Of a stretch of 42,430 nt of DNA, positions 22,160 through 30,826 are shown piece by piece; position 1 is the stretch's first letter; every line of letters starts with the position of its first letter. The translations under genes and the position numbers were made by a program. The stretch lies in IMG/VR virus record IMGVR_UViG_3300045988_023308; one strand, 5' to 3'. The notes below the pieces were generated by a model. It did no database searches and had not been told where the DNA came from. It saw only the letters and a list, made by a program, of their open reading frames with translations. Source of the DNA: a virus.

Positions 22160-23058
22160 AGCGCAATCCCCACAATCTCTGTTGCAAAGTCAATGCCGAC
22201 TTGTAGATTTGCAAGCCCGCTCTTCGCTTCCGGCTTCAATACGTTATCCCCAACTTCCAGATGGAACAGGTTGCTTTTCAGGCTCAGCGCACCCCGACAA
22301 TCCCCATCCACGGAAGACGTGACGTAAGTCCGGTCGTGCGTAATCTGTACCGACAACCGCTCTCCGCTGACAAGGGACTTGTTGACTATCAGGAATTTGC
22401 CTGTTGCGGCGTTGGTGATTTTGGGATTTTCTACGTCGCCACTCGCCGTAAATGTGGCCGTGAACGGAACCGGGACTTGTCCACGGTTTGGAACGTTCAT
22501 AAACAGTTCTTGTTTCAGCCGCCCGAACTGGTATTGCCTAGAGATATTCCAGTCTCCAACTACGCATTGCTTGGCACTGTCCCAATGCCCAACCTTGAAT
22601 AGCGGTTCAATACCAGCTAGCGCAACGGAAGCGGAATCATCCTTGCACCAATACGGATAGGCCGCTAAAAGTGAAAACTGGAACTGTGCGCCCCATCGTT
22701 TCGGTTCGATGTTCGGCGTTGCTGTGGGATACACGTTCAAATAGTAATCATCGGCGTATAGCTTGCCGCCTAGGTCAGGCCGAATGACAGACAACAGTTT
22801 TTCTTTCTTGTCAGCCTGACCCTCGCCAACGATATATCCAGTAATATTTACAGGCCTAGGCTGCACGTTTTTGCTCTGGATTGTTGCGCCGGTCTGGTTG
22901 ATACCTTTAGCTTGCGACAGCGTAACGGATACCGTGTCAATTCCAACTGGTTTGTTGATGAGAAACCCACCGGCAAAATCAAATGTCACGTTATCCCCAT
23001 TTTCATTCACATAGCGAAATAGCTTTGCTAAATTGTTGAAATTCTTCACATTGCCCAC
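22156..23058 (-). CDS. Distal tail protein (Dit)
   Basis: Immediately follows the tape measure gene, about 300 aa. The start is GTG at 23058 or GTG at 23049. Confidence 0.65.
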   Translation of the reverse strand: MGNVKNFNNLAKLFRYVNENGDNVTFDFAGGFLINKPVGIDTVSVTLSQAKGINQTGATIQSKNVQPRPVNITGYIVGEGQADKKEKLLSVIRPDLGGKLYADDYYLNVYPTATPNIEPKRWGAQFQFSLLAAYPYWCKDDSASVALAGIEPLFKVGHWDSAKQCVVGDWNISRQYQFGRLKQELFMNVPNRGQVPVPFTATFTASGDVENPKITNAATGKFLIVNKSLVSGERLSVQITHDRTYVTSSVDGDCRGALSLKSNLFHLEVGDNVLKPEAKSGLANLQVGIDFATEIVGIAL

Positions 23059-25550
23059 CTCGCTTGCGTGAAGTATGCCTCTGTTGCCGCCGCAAGCTCC
23101 ACTTCCGACTGAACAACCGCCTGAATGTTCTGGATAATCGTCATGCCACGGCTTTTCCCACTGCTGGTGTTTTCATCCGTTGCCACACTGGTGCTAGTTG
23201 CGTTAGCAGATTTTCTAGCCCTCCATAGCCGTGCTTCCGCTTTTGTCAGAACCGCTTCTCCCTCGTGCAAGTAGCACAAGTACTCGTCGTAAGGCACATA
23301 GTCTAGGCCACTCTTAGCTTTGGGAATGTTGCTGGCTTCGACATTTGCCTTTATCGTAAGCGTGAAGTTTTTGAAGCTATTTGTCAGCCTGGATTTCATC
23401 TGTGATGCCAGAGAATCCAATTTGCCTAGAACTCCGGACGTGCTATTACTGATTCCAGAAATAAGGCCGTTCATGGTGTTGGTTGCCGCTTGCATTGCAG
23501 CTGATTCTTGGTCAAGGTCACCCACTTTCTCAACGTAACTGTCTGCGGCTTCCTGCATACGGCTTTTTACGTTCTCGACCGCTAACGCCAGACCGTCAGA
23601 GTATTCTGTTCCCGCATTTTTGTAACTTTCAATAGCACTTGACAGCTCGGTCAGTGTGTCTTTTGCTCCGGCCGAATCTGTACCGACTTTTTCAAGTTCC
23701 GATCTTAACGCTGCAAGCAACCCTGCAGCATCCTCCGTGCTCATGGACGCCAAATATTGCGAAAATCCATCGATACTTACGCCAGAGTCTTCGGCTGCTT
23801 GTTCCACGAAAGCAAAGTTTTCATCCATTGCGCCAAGAACTGCAGTGTTTGCTTTGATGTTTGCCATAGCGTCAGCCCACGAAATCTTCGTAGCTTCGAC
23901 GACATCGGTAAACGCAGACCCAGTGTCATGCAACCCATTGTAGATGGTGGTGTATGTATTTTGGTAGTCCTCCAGGATAGATTGCGCTGCAGCGGCATAT
24001 TCTTCGGTTGCCGCCTTAAAGACGTTTGCTGGCTTAGCGGCTTCCTCAGCTGCTTCGGCTTCTGTCTGCTCGAACTCTGCAATTTGGTCTTCGACTTCTT
24101 TAATGGCCTGTTTTAACCCGTGGATATGCGCTATTCGTTCATATGTCCAGCCGCCAGAACCGTTTTCGAGTTCTTCGAGTTCTGATTTCAGGTCAGCATA
24201 TTTTTGCCTAGCGTCTTCGATTGTTTCGGCCTGGCCAGCAAGTGCTTTAATCTGATCCTTGCTAGCATCGGCAAGTTTTTTTGTCGCCACTGCAGCACCG
24301 GCGATAGTCACCGCCATTAACCCGATAGGGTTTGCATTCATGGCCGTGTTCCATGCGTACTGCGCAGCAGTAGCCAAAGAAATTTTCCCGGTCAGCACGC
24401 CAACGGCTATTTCACTAACGGAAAAAACGCCGTTTAGGGTTGCTTCCTGGACAGCGGCTTTGCCACTTTCGACTGTGAAATATTCTAAAGCCGTTGCGTT
24501 TGCAGTGAAAATTGTAGCAATATTGCGTACTGCATTACCGGCCATGTTGGCAACAAGTACAGCCCCTGCCGTGGCGGCGGCCATTGTCACATCCTCTATG
24601 GCTGTAACAACAAGGTCAATCGTGCTGTTGGTTTCCCGCAAATACGAAATAGCTTCCGTTGTTGCGGTTCCAACACCAGTCACAATCTGTTTTACCCGTG
24701 GGACAATGTTTTTTCCAGCTGTAAATACACTGTCAACAAAATCCTGAACCAATTCAGTCATGTCGGCGTTATTATCAGCCATCCCGGTTGCCAGGTTTTC
24801 CCATGCGGCTTTCATGGACGCTGTGGAACCTTCTATGGTGTCCGCCGCTTCGTTTGCCGCATACCCCGCAAGCCCCTGCATATCGATGTAGTCAACAAGG
24901 GCGGCTTGGCAATCCGCTAGGTTGTCAATGGTGTACTCTGTGGCTTTGCCGTTTTCCTCGTTCCACTCGTTTACCGTGTCAATAAGCTGCTGGAATCCCT
25001 CTTTTGTGGGAGTAATGCCCAGCTGCAAATTGTCAAGCATGGTATAGTTGGATTTCATAATGCCGTTAAAGGCATTTTGCACGGCTTCTTGGGAATTGCC
25101 CGTTGCTGCCACAACGTCAGCTTCGGCAGTGATAACCTTATCAGCCAGTTCCGCAGCGGCCTGTGCGTTGCCGTCAAGGGCAGTTTTTAGGCCGGTGGCA
25201 AACCCGTTTACCTGCTGCAAATAGTTATTTTGCGACATTTGCACGGTCTTGTAGGCGTTTTTCGCTTTCTGAGCTACAAAGTCATAAGCGTCCCCGAACA
25301 TCAGTTCTGCGCCGCCTGCAAGTTGCTCATATTGTGCATAATTGGTATACGCCGCTTTTCCGACATCAGATACAACGTTGGCGAGTTTTTTAACCCCGGA
25401 AATAATTGCCCCACTTGCAAGATTGGCTTTTAGCACATCAACAAACATGTTTGTTTGCCGCTCAGAGTTTTTTAGTGCTTGCTCATATCCGCTTGTATCT
25501 AGGGTAATTTTGGCGCATAAATTAAAAATGTCAGCCGCCATCCGGTTCAC
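23046..25550 (-). CDS. Tape measure protein
   Basis: 834 aa, Ala-rich helical protein with a central hydrophobic stretch. Lies between the G/GT chaperone and Dit. The start is GTG at 25550 or ATG at 25541. Confidence 0.85.
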   Translation of the reverse strand: MNRMAADIFNLCAKITLDTSGYEQALKNSERQTNMFVDVLKANLASGAIISGVKKLANVVSDVGKAAYTNYAQYEQLAGGAELMFGDAYDFVAQKAKNAYKTVQMSQNNYLQQVNGFATGLKTALDGNAQAAAELADKVITAEADVVAATGNSQEAVQNAFNGIMKSNYTMLDNLQLGITPTKEGFQQLIDTVNEWNEENGKATEYTIDNLADCQAALVDYIDMQGLAGYAANEAADTIEGSTASMKAAWENLATGMADNNADMTELVQDFVDSVFTAGKNIVPRVKQIVTGVGTATTEAISYLRETNSTIDLVVTAIEDVTMAAATAGAVLVANMAGNAVRNIATIFTANATALEYFTVESGKAAVQEATLNGVFSVSEIAVGVLTGKISLATAAQYAWNTAMNANPIGLMAVTIAGAAVATKKLADASKDQIKALAGQAETIEDARQKYADLKSELEELENGSGGWTYERIAHIHGLKQAIKEVEDQIAEFEQTEAEAAEEAAKPANVFKAATEEYAAAAQSILEDYQNTYTTIYNGLHDTGSAFTDVVEATKISWADAMANIKANTAVLGAMDENFAFVEQAAEDSGVSIDGFSQYLASMSTEDAAGLLAALRSELEKVGTDSAGAKDTLTELSSAIESYKNAGTEYSDGLALAVENVKSRMQEAADSYVEKVGDLDQESAAMQAATNTMNGLISGISNSTSGVLGKLDSLASQMKSRLTNSFKNFTLTIKANVEASNIPKAKSGLDYVPYDEYLCYLHEGEAVLTKAEARLWRARKSANATSTSVATDENTSSGKSRGMTIIQNIQAVVQSEVELAAATEAYFTQARWAM

Positions 25551-26201
25551 CGCCTTTCGTTACAAGTTTTAACCCGGCTTTTTTCATCACATCTGCGACG
25601 ATGTCCTCCGCTGATCGTGTTTCTTTCGGCTTCGGGTGTATGATGTCTGTGTAGCTGATCGACAAATACGATTGCCCTGCATGAACAGCAGTATTCTCGG
25701 TAATCATCTGGATACCGTCCGTGATATACCGATATAAGATTTCTTGCTCACGTTGTTTTTTTAATTTCACCGGAAGAATGGAGAGGTACGCCCTCGCTCG
25801 TACTCGTGGGAGGGCGCACAGAGCACCGATTATTCGCTCTTTTCCCCACGCCCCCACGATTTGAAAAAACTTAGGAGCTCTTTGTCCTCACTCAGCGTTT
25901 TGATTTGCCAGAGCGTAGCCATAGTACTTTGCTTCGCTACTTCCTCGACGCTCTTTCCCTCCATAACAGACAGAATTGCGTAGATATCAGCACGGTGGGT
26001 TTTCAGCAACAGCGGTACAACAGCGGTGATCTTCTGCGCCCCCAGCAGCATGACCCCAACCTTAGTGACGGTTGTTTTGTCCATCGGCTTGCCGATAGCG
26101 TTCATAATTTCCTCATCGGAAACGATGTTCACAATGTGCGGCGTGATTTCGCAAAGCACATCCAAACATTCGTCCGTCCCAAATTCGGATAGTTTTCTCA
26201 T
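25531..26201 (-). CDS. Tail assembly chaperone GT-like fusion via -1 programmed frameshift
   Basis: T_TTT_TTC heptamer in the zero frame at 25869-25863 (AGT TTT TTC). The -1 frame is open from there to 25531 (..FFQIVGAWGKERIIG...). Confidence 0.6.
25830..26201 (-). CDS. Tail assembly chaperone (gpG-like)
   Basis: Lies between the major tail protein and TMP genes. A slippery site sits near its 3' end. Confidence 0.7.
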   Translation of the reverse strand: MRKLSEFGTDECLDVLCEITPHIVNIVSDEEIMNAIGKPMDKTTVTKVGVMLLGAQKITAVVPLLLKTHRADIYAILSVMEGKSVEEVAKQSTMATLWQIKTLSEDKELLSFFKSWGRGEKSE

Positions 26202-26203
26202 GT

Positions 26204-26794
26204 TTAGCCTCCCATACCAGGTTCGGCTTCACCGGCCTTGATATAGATTTCAAACGGTGGGGTATCCTGTGCATTGATCGAATAGTGCCCAGTAAATTCG
26301 AAAGAGAACTGGCCTTTGCTCTGATCTCCGGTTTTAAGCTGGAAACCGCCAGTGGAAAGGCTATTCAGCATGTGGATTGCGAGATACCCGCCGTTTTTTT
26401 TGCCATTCTTGTCTGAATAGTCTGCCACAAGCCAAATATCCTGGAAATCGCTCTCTGCGATATCGTTTCTCGGGGTAATTTTCCCGGACACTTCATCGGC
26501 TGCCGCCGTCATTGCCTTTGCATTGGCAACGTTCACGGACACGAATGTACCACTAACCTTTGTTTCCCAGCTCTCCAGGCGTTTCAACTCTTTCGTGTTT
26601 TTCGGGCAATTGTTGATATCCTCGCCCAAGTCCGTGAAAGTAGGCGTAGCAACAAAGGTCACATCACCGCTAGTTGCGCCGATGATGCTATTGGCAGCTA
26701 CTTCTGCCGTAGATGGATCGAAAGAAGAAAGCAGAATGCCAGCGTTCATTACCAGTTCCTTGAAAGTGTCCTGTGGAATCTGCGTATATTTCAT
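26204..26794 (-). CDS. Major tail protein
   Basis: ATG at 26794 after AGGAGG. 196 aa, located upstream of the chaperones. Confidence 0.7.
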   Translation of the reverse strand: MKYTQIPQDTFKELVMNAGILLSSFDPSTAEVAANSIIGATSGDVTFVATPTFTDLGEDINNCPKNTKELKRLESWETKVSGTFVSVNVANAKAMTAAADEVSGKITPRNDIAESDFQDIWLVADYSDKNGKKNGGYLAIHMLNSLSTGGFQLKTGDQSKGQFSFEFTGHYSINAQDTPPFEIYIKAGEAEPGMGG

Positions 26795-26805
26795 CGTTTT
26801 CCTCC

Positions 26806-27168
26806 TTATACGAAATATTCGGCGGTGATATTTAGAACCCGCCGCTTGATTGTGTTTTCCTCGTCCGGAACAGCTCGCATAAATGGGGAGCCACGCAAAA
26901 GCCAGATATAGCCGCCGTCCACATCTACGGTACATCCGCCTCGGCCTATTGCCTCTCCGATTTCCGCACCCTTTGCGGTTGGGATTGTTTCGGATTCCGT
27001 CTTATACCAGATGTTTACAGTCAGATTTACGGGCATCTCCCCGAAAATGGCCGTAGCGAACGAGTATGTCATATATGGCATTTCCTGCTTATCCGGGACA
27101 GCTGTCTCCGGGAAAGCAGGAATGCCGAAACCGTTGAAAAATTGGTGTAGTGCTTTGTCTGCCGTCAC
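26806..27168 (-). CDS. Tail completion/terminator-like protein
   Basis: GTGA overlap with the upstream gene. Position just before the major tail protein gene. Confidence 0.45.
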   Translation of the reverse strand: MTADKALHQFFNGFGIPAFPETAVPDKQEMPYMTYSFATAIFGEMPVNLTVNIWYKTESETIPTAKGAEIGEAIGRGGCTVDVDGGYIWLLRGSPFMRAVPDEENTIKRRVLNITAEYFV

Positions 27169-27518
27169 TTACTTAGCACCCACCTTTCGGCGGTCACTTG
27201 GCACATATCCAGGGTGCCGAAATCCGGAGACCGCTTATCCGCTCCGTTGCTGGTTGCCCGGAAAATTGCGCCGTCCGATAGCCGCTTGAAAACATCATGG
27301 AAGGATAGGGGAGTGTTCCTTCGGGTGGTGACGGTGTACACATTGGTAACGCCCTCTTTTTCGGCAATCCGGCTTTGCATGGACGTATCCAGGATAATTG
27401 CAGCGTGGAACGCCGCTCCTTCCGTCCATTCCGAAATCCATCCGCCTGCCCCATCCGGTGTGCGCTTCTTTTCCATCAGGACGCAAGCGTCCTTCAGAAA
27501 ATTATCAAGCAAACTCAT
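27165..27518 (-). CDS. Head closure / head-tail adaptor protein
   Basis: ATG at 27518 after GGAGGA, with an ATGA overlap. The call is positional. Confidence 0.45.
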   Translation of the reverse strand: MSLLDNFLKDACVLMEKKRTPDGAGGWISEWTEGAAFHAAIILDTSMQSRIAEKEGVTNVYTVTTRRNTPLSFHDVFKRLSDGAIFRATSNGADKRSPDFGTLDMCQVTAERWVLSK

Positions 27519-27955
27519 ATTTTCCTCCACATCCGCAAGCGTGGCGCAAACACTGTCTTCCAGCTCATGCTTTCGCCTGTGCCGCCGCTTTCGCTTGCTT
27601 TGGTGTACGAATACCCACCGAACGATTCGCTCTGATATGGGCTTTGCAAAGCCTCAGCGTGTTTCTCCTGCCAGACGTTAATTTCATCCAGCAGAATCAG
27701 CAGCTCCGTAGGGATGCAAAGCTCGGTCACGATACCGCTGTAGGTCTCGCTACGCAAATCAGAGTTCCCGTATACATGGATACCGTTGTTTCGGCGGCTT
27801 CCTTCAATCAGGTAATAGTCTCCGTTTTCCAGGCCGGGGAGGAGCAGACGCTTCTCCGTGATATCCTCGCCGAAAAACTGCCACTTTTCACCGGGAAAGA
27901 AATTCCGCAGGTACACAAGCAGCTCGTATAGACTTACGGGCGTTGTCTGCCCCAT
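27515..27955 (-). CDS. Head-tail connector-like protein
   Basis: ATG at 27955 after GGAGG. Contains an SESFGGYSYTK motif. The call is positional. Confidence 0.45.
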   Translation of the reverse strand: MGQTTPVSLYELLVYLRNFFPGEKWQFFGEDITEKRLLLPGLENGDYYLIEGSRRNNGIHVYGNSDLRSETYSGIVTELCIPTELLILLDEINVWQEKHAEALQSPYQSESFGGYSYTKASESGGTGESMSWKTVFAPRLRMWRKI

Positions 27956-27969
27956 GTTTCCCCCTCCTT

Positions 27970-28074
27970 TCACTGGCCCTTAACGGCGGCCAGAATATCC
28001 GCTTTGCTCATTGCGGCACTGACCCCGGCAATGCCGTGTTCTTTGGCGTATTCCAAAAGCTGGGCTTTCGTCAT
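27970..28074 (-). CDS. HeH/Rho-N-like small domain (separate 34-aa protein or C-terminal extension of MCP)
   Basis: MTKAQLLEYAKEHGIAGVSAAMSKADILAAVKGQ. There is no convincing RBS. The frame is open back into the MCP 3' end in the -1 frame. Confidence 0.45.
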   Translation of the reverse strand: MTKAQLLEYAKEHGIAGVSAAMSKADILAAVKGQ

Positions 28075-28124
28075 GCCGTCAAAGTCCACGGCTGCCGGTG
28101 CGGTGTCATTAGCCAGTGCCGCTT

Positions 28125-29024
28125 TTAACCCCCCGGCGTAACGGTGGCAACTGCAATGCCATCCAGGTATTCTGCCCACAGCTTCATGCCCATGATGGCA
28201 TACATATCGCCGGTTGCACGGCTGTAGTCGCCCTCGACATGCACACCGATCAGGTTGGTTTCGCCCTTCACGGTGTAGTTCAGACCCAGCTTTGCGAAGT
28301 CGCTGTCGCTAGGATCAACGTAGTACAGGTCAATGTTTTCCACAGGGGTAGCAATGACCTTACCAGCGGCAACATACTTGTCGGGCAGCAGGAACAGGGT
28401 GCTGTAGCCCAGGAAGTTCTGGACATAGGTCAGGCCAAACATGGTCTGGGTGGTAATTTCCTTATCGCCCAGGTAGTCATAGAAATCCATGATGTTTGCA
28501 AATCCTACGACCTCGGTCACGTCCTTGTCCATGCCCATGAACTTTGCCAGCACTTTGCCCTTTGCCTGTGCAAGTGCCTGCTGCCAGGTCTTGGGGGTCA
28601 GAGCCAGGGAGCCGGTAGCCAGGAAGGCGTAGAAGTCGCCCAGAATCTTGTTCTGAAGGGCAACCAGGAAAGCGTCATCCGTCTTTTCCACGGCAACCTC
28701 TGCGCCGTACTTGGCAACGCTCTCGATGGTTACGCTTTTTGCGTACTTGGATACCTCAATGTCGCCATAGGCAACAGGGGCAACCTTCATTTTGGTGAAA
28801 GGAATCTCGTCGCCTTCCGCAACGGTGGAACCGCCCTTCAGGCCGCCGTCCACCTCAGCCTTATAGGATACCAGCTTAGTGCCGGGGGCTTTGCGGATAG
28901 GTCGCATAATGCCCAGGATCGTGCGCAATGCGTCCCAGTTGTCGTTGAACCGGGTCACGAAATCCACCTCACGGGCGGTAGTCGTGTACTGCGCAGTTGT
29001 AGTTACGTTCGTTTTTGCTGCCAT
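28125..29024 (-). CDS. Major capsid protein
   Basis: 299 aa directly after the scaffold gene. RBS AAAGGAG. MAAKTNVTTTAQYTTTAREVDFVTRFNDNWDALRTILGIMRPI. Confidence 0.8.
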   Translation of the reverse strand: MAAKTNVTTTAQYTTTAREVDFVTRFNDNWDALRTILGIMRPIRKAPGTKLVSYKAEVDGGLKGGSTVAEGDEIPFTKMKVAPVAYGDIEVSKYAKSVTIESVAKYGAEVAVEKTDDAFLVALQNKILGDFYAFLATGSLALTPKTWQQALAQAKGKVLAKFMGMDKDVTEVVGFANIMDFYDYLGDKEITTQTMFGLTYVQNFLGYSTLFLLPDKYVAAGKVIATPVENIDLYYVDPSDSDFAKLGLNYTVKGETNLIGVHVEGDYSRATGDMYAIMGMKLWAEYLDGIAVATVTPGG

Positions 29025-29044
29025 TTCAACAGCTCCTTTCGATT

Positions 29045-29659
29045 TTATTCATTTTCGCTTGCTAAGCTTTGCGCAAGCGCAGCCTGCCGCTCTGCGGTAG
29101 ACAGCAGATACCGGCCTTTATCATCCTTCTTGTAGATTTCAGCCCGGCTTTTTACTCCATCCGTGGTATCGGGCGGTGTCTGGGTCTGGGTTCCGTTCTT
29201 TTTGACTTTCCCAACCAGCCCCTTGTAGTCGCCGGAAAGCAGTCCGTCCAGAGCAGCGGTGTCCTTGATGGTTTCCCCATCCAGCGTCAGGCCGTCAATT
29301 TCAGCCTTTGCGCCCCGGATCACCAGAGCCATGCTCTCGGCGGGAATTCCCTTGCTCTCGAAGTACGCCCTTGCCGCCTTTTCTTTGGCTGCCGCACTCT
29401 CCTTAGCTTCGATTCCCGCCTTGTAGTCCTGGAAATCCTTCTTTTCCTTTTCGTACTTGGCCTTAAAGCCTCCATCGCCGCCCTCTTTTTTCAGGTCGTC
29501 CAATTCCTTCTGAACGCCAGGCAACTTTTCAGCGTCCGCCTTGTAGGTGGCGATTAGGTCTTTCAGCCCATCCACAGTGTCGGTGTGTGCTTCGATGATG
29601 GTGGCAACCTGTTCTTCGGTCAGCCCCATGCTCTTCAAAAAATTGCGAGTTAATGCCAT
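29045..29659 (-). CDS. Scaffolding protein
   Basis: ATG at 29659 after AAGGAG. MALTRNFLKSMGLTEEQVATIIEAHTDTV. Charged, helical, Lys/Glu-rich. Confidence 0.75.
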   Translation of the reverse strand: MALTRNFLKSMGLTEEQVATIIEAHTDTVDGLKDLIATYKADAEKLPGVQKELDDLKKEGGDGGFKAKYEKEKKDFQDYKAGIEAKESAAAKEKAARAYFESKGIPAESMALVIRGAKAEIDGLTLDGETIKDTAALDGLLSGDYKGLVGKVKKNGTQTQTPPDTTDGVKSRAEIYKKDDKGRYLLSTAERQAALAQSLASENE

Positions 29660-29774
29660 GACATGTATCTCCTTTTCTTCGGGGGAAGTTCTTTTCCCTT
29701 TGATATTTTTACCGTAGCACAAAAAGTAGGCCGTGATACACATTTTTCACTCGTTTGTTCGATGATTTCAAAAT

Positions 29775-29806
29775 GGAAAACCCCGCAGCGGATAACCGCC
29801 ACGGGG
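29775..29806 (-). terminator. Strong intrinsic terminator inside the head module
   Basis: The minus strand reads CCCCGTGGCGG-TTAT-CCGCTGCGGGG (11 bp including two G.U pairs) followed by TTTTCC. Confidence 0.7.
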
Positions 29807-29827
29807 TAGGGAAGATGGTATTGTGTT

Positions 29828-30169
29828 TTACATAGCGTCAGCTGCTTTGAACGCTTCCACCAGTTTTGGAAACTGGATTGCGAAGAAATCCACCATTTCT
29901 TCGTTTTGCGCCCAGCTGGAATTTTCCGCAAGGCCACTTTCGAAAAGAAAAGCGTGAATAATCTCATGTCGCTTGTTCTTTCGAATCTGAACCGCTAAAT
30001 TTTTCTTACAAGTTGGATCATCCTCGGAACCGGCGTAGTTATCCACAAGCAATTCCTTCACGGTCTCGTCGCAGATGCCGTCCGCATCTTTCAACCTGAC
30101 ATCTTGGCTTTTGCTGGTAATCGTCAGCGTATAAGCCGCTCCCAGAATGTTAATTTCCTTACTTTCCAT
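29828..30169 (-). CDS. HExxH zinc-metallopeptidase-motif protein
   Basis: KNKRHEIIHAFLFESGL contains HEIIH. 113 aa. RBS AAAGGTGG. Confidence 0.6.
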   Translation of the reverse strand: MESKEINILGAAYTLTITSKSQDVRLKDADGICDETVKELLVDNYAGSEDDPTCKKNLAVQIRKNKRHEIIHAFLFESGLAENSSWAQNEEMVDFFAIQFPKLVEAFKAADAM

Positions 30170-30535
30170 TTAGCCACCTTTCAGCTCTTTTTCCACAATT
30201 GCCTTGTATTTGTCAAGGTGGTTCTCAACTGCCGGACGCAAATACGGCTGCGCTTTTTGCTTGGAAGTGCCTTCTTCCACGCACTGGGCATATTCCACAT
30301 TCGTTCCGATTGTTACCGTGTCATCGTCGGTGTAAAAGGTGATGCTGTTTCTCAGCCTGCCGGTTCTCACGGGGCAAAGCCGTTTTGCGTAGCCCTCCGC
30401 CACCAGGCCGATTGTGACCAACGCCCTGTGAATAGCCAGCCGCAATTCCCTGGTAACGTCATCTGTCAGGTTGAGAGAATCAATTGTCACATGGAAGTCT
30501 CCACCGCCGGAGGATTTTTGAATCCGTTTTGCCAT
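30170..30535 (-). CDS. HK97 gp10-like protein
   Basis: LCPVRTGRLRNSITFYTDDD...VEYAQCVEEGTSKQKAQPYLRPA matches the gp10-family signature. Its position upstream of the scaffold gene is unusual. Confidence 0.6.
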   Translation of the reverse strand: MAKRIQKSSGGGDFHVTIDSLNLTDDVTRELRLAIHRALVTIGLVAEGYAKRLCPVRTGRLRNSITFYTDDDTVTIGTNVEYAQCVEEGTSKQKAQPYLRPAVENHLDKYKAIVEKELKGG

Positions 30536-30538
30536 CGG

Positions 30539-30826
30539 TTATTCCTTTCCGTAAAGGTATTTCCTTGTGTATTCTGTTTCCACAGCGTACAGATTCCCAT
30601 TTTCATCTTCTTTAATCCAGAGTGTGGGGAGCATCAACGTTTCAATGTCGTTCGCCAGCCCGTCCGGTTCTGGTGCATCTGGATTTGATACGCAAAGGAT
30701 AACGCCCATTGTGCTATTTGCTCGAATTTGCCGTTTGGCTTTCTCAAAATCAATTTGCTTTCCTTCACAATAATTTTTAAGAAATACCTTCGCCTTATCA
30801 AGGTTAATCAGTCTTCTCTTCTGCAT
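30539..30826 (-). CDS. Hypothetical protein (immediately after the MuF-JAMM gene, 23-nt overlap)
   Basis: ATG at 30826 after GGGGGA. 95 aa. Confidence 0.55.
   Translation of the reverse strand: MQKRRLINLDKAKVFLKNYCEGKQIDFEKAKRQIRANSTMGVILCVSNPDAPEPDGLANDIETLMLPTLWIKEDENGNLYAVETEYTRKYLYGKE

Noticed and set aside
28116-29135. 339-aa plus-strand ORF antisense to the major capsid and scaffold genes
   Set aside because: It is a shadow ORF of a well-supported minus-strand gene. It has no RBS and a biased low-complexity translation. It crosses the MCP-scaffold intergenic region without respecting it.
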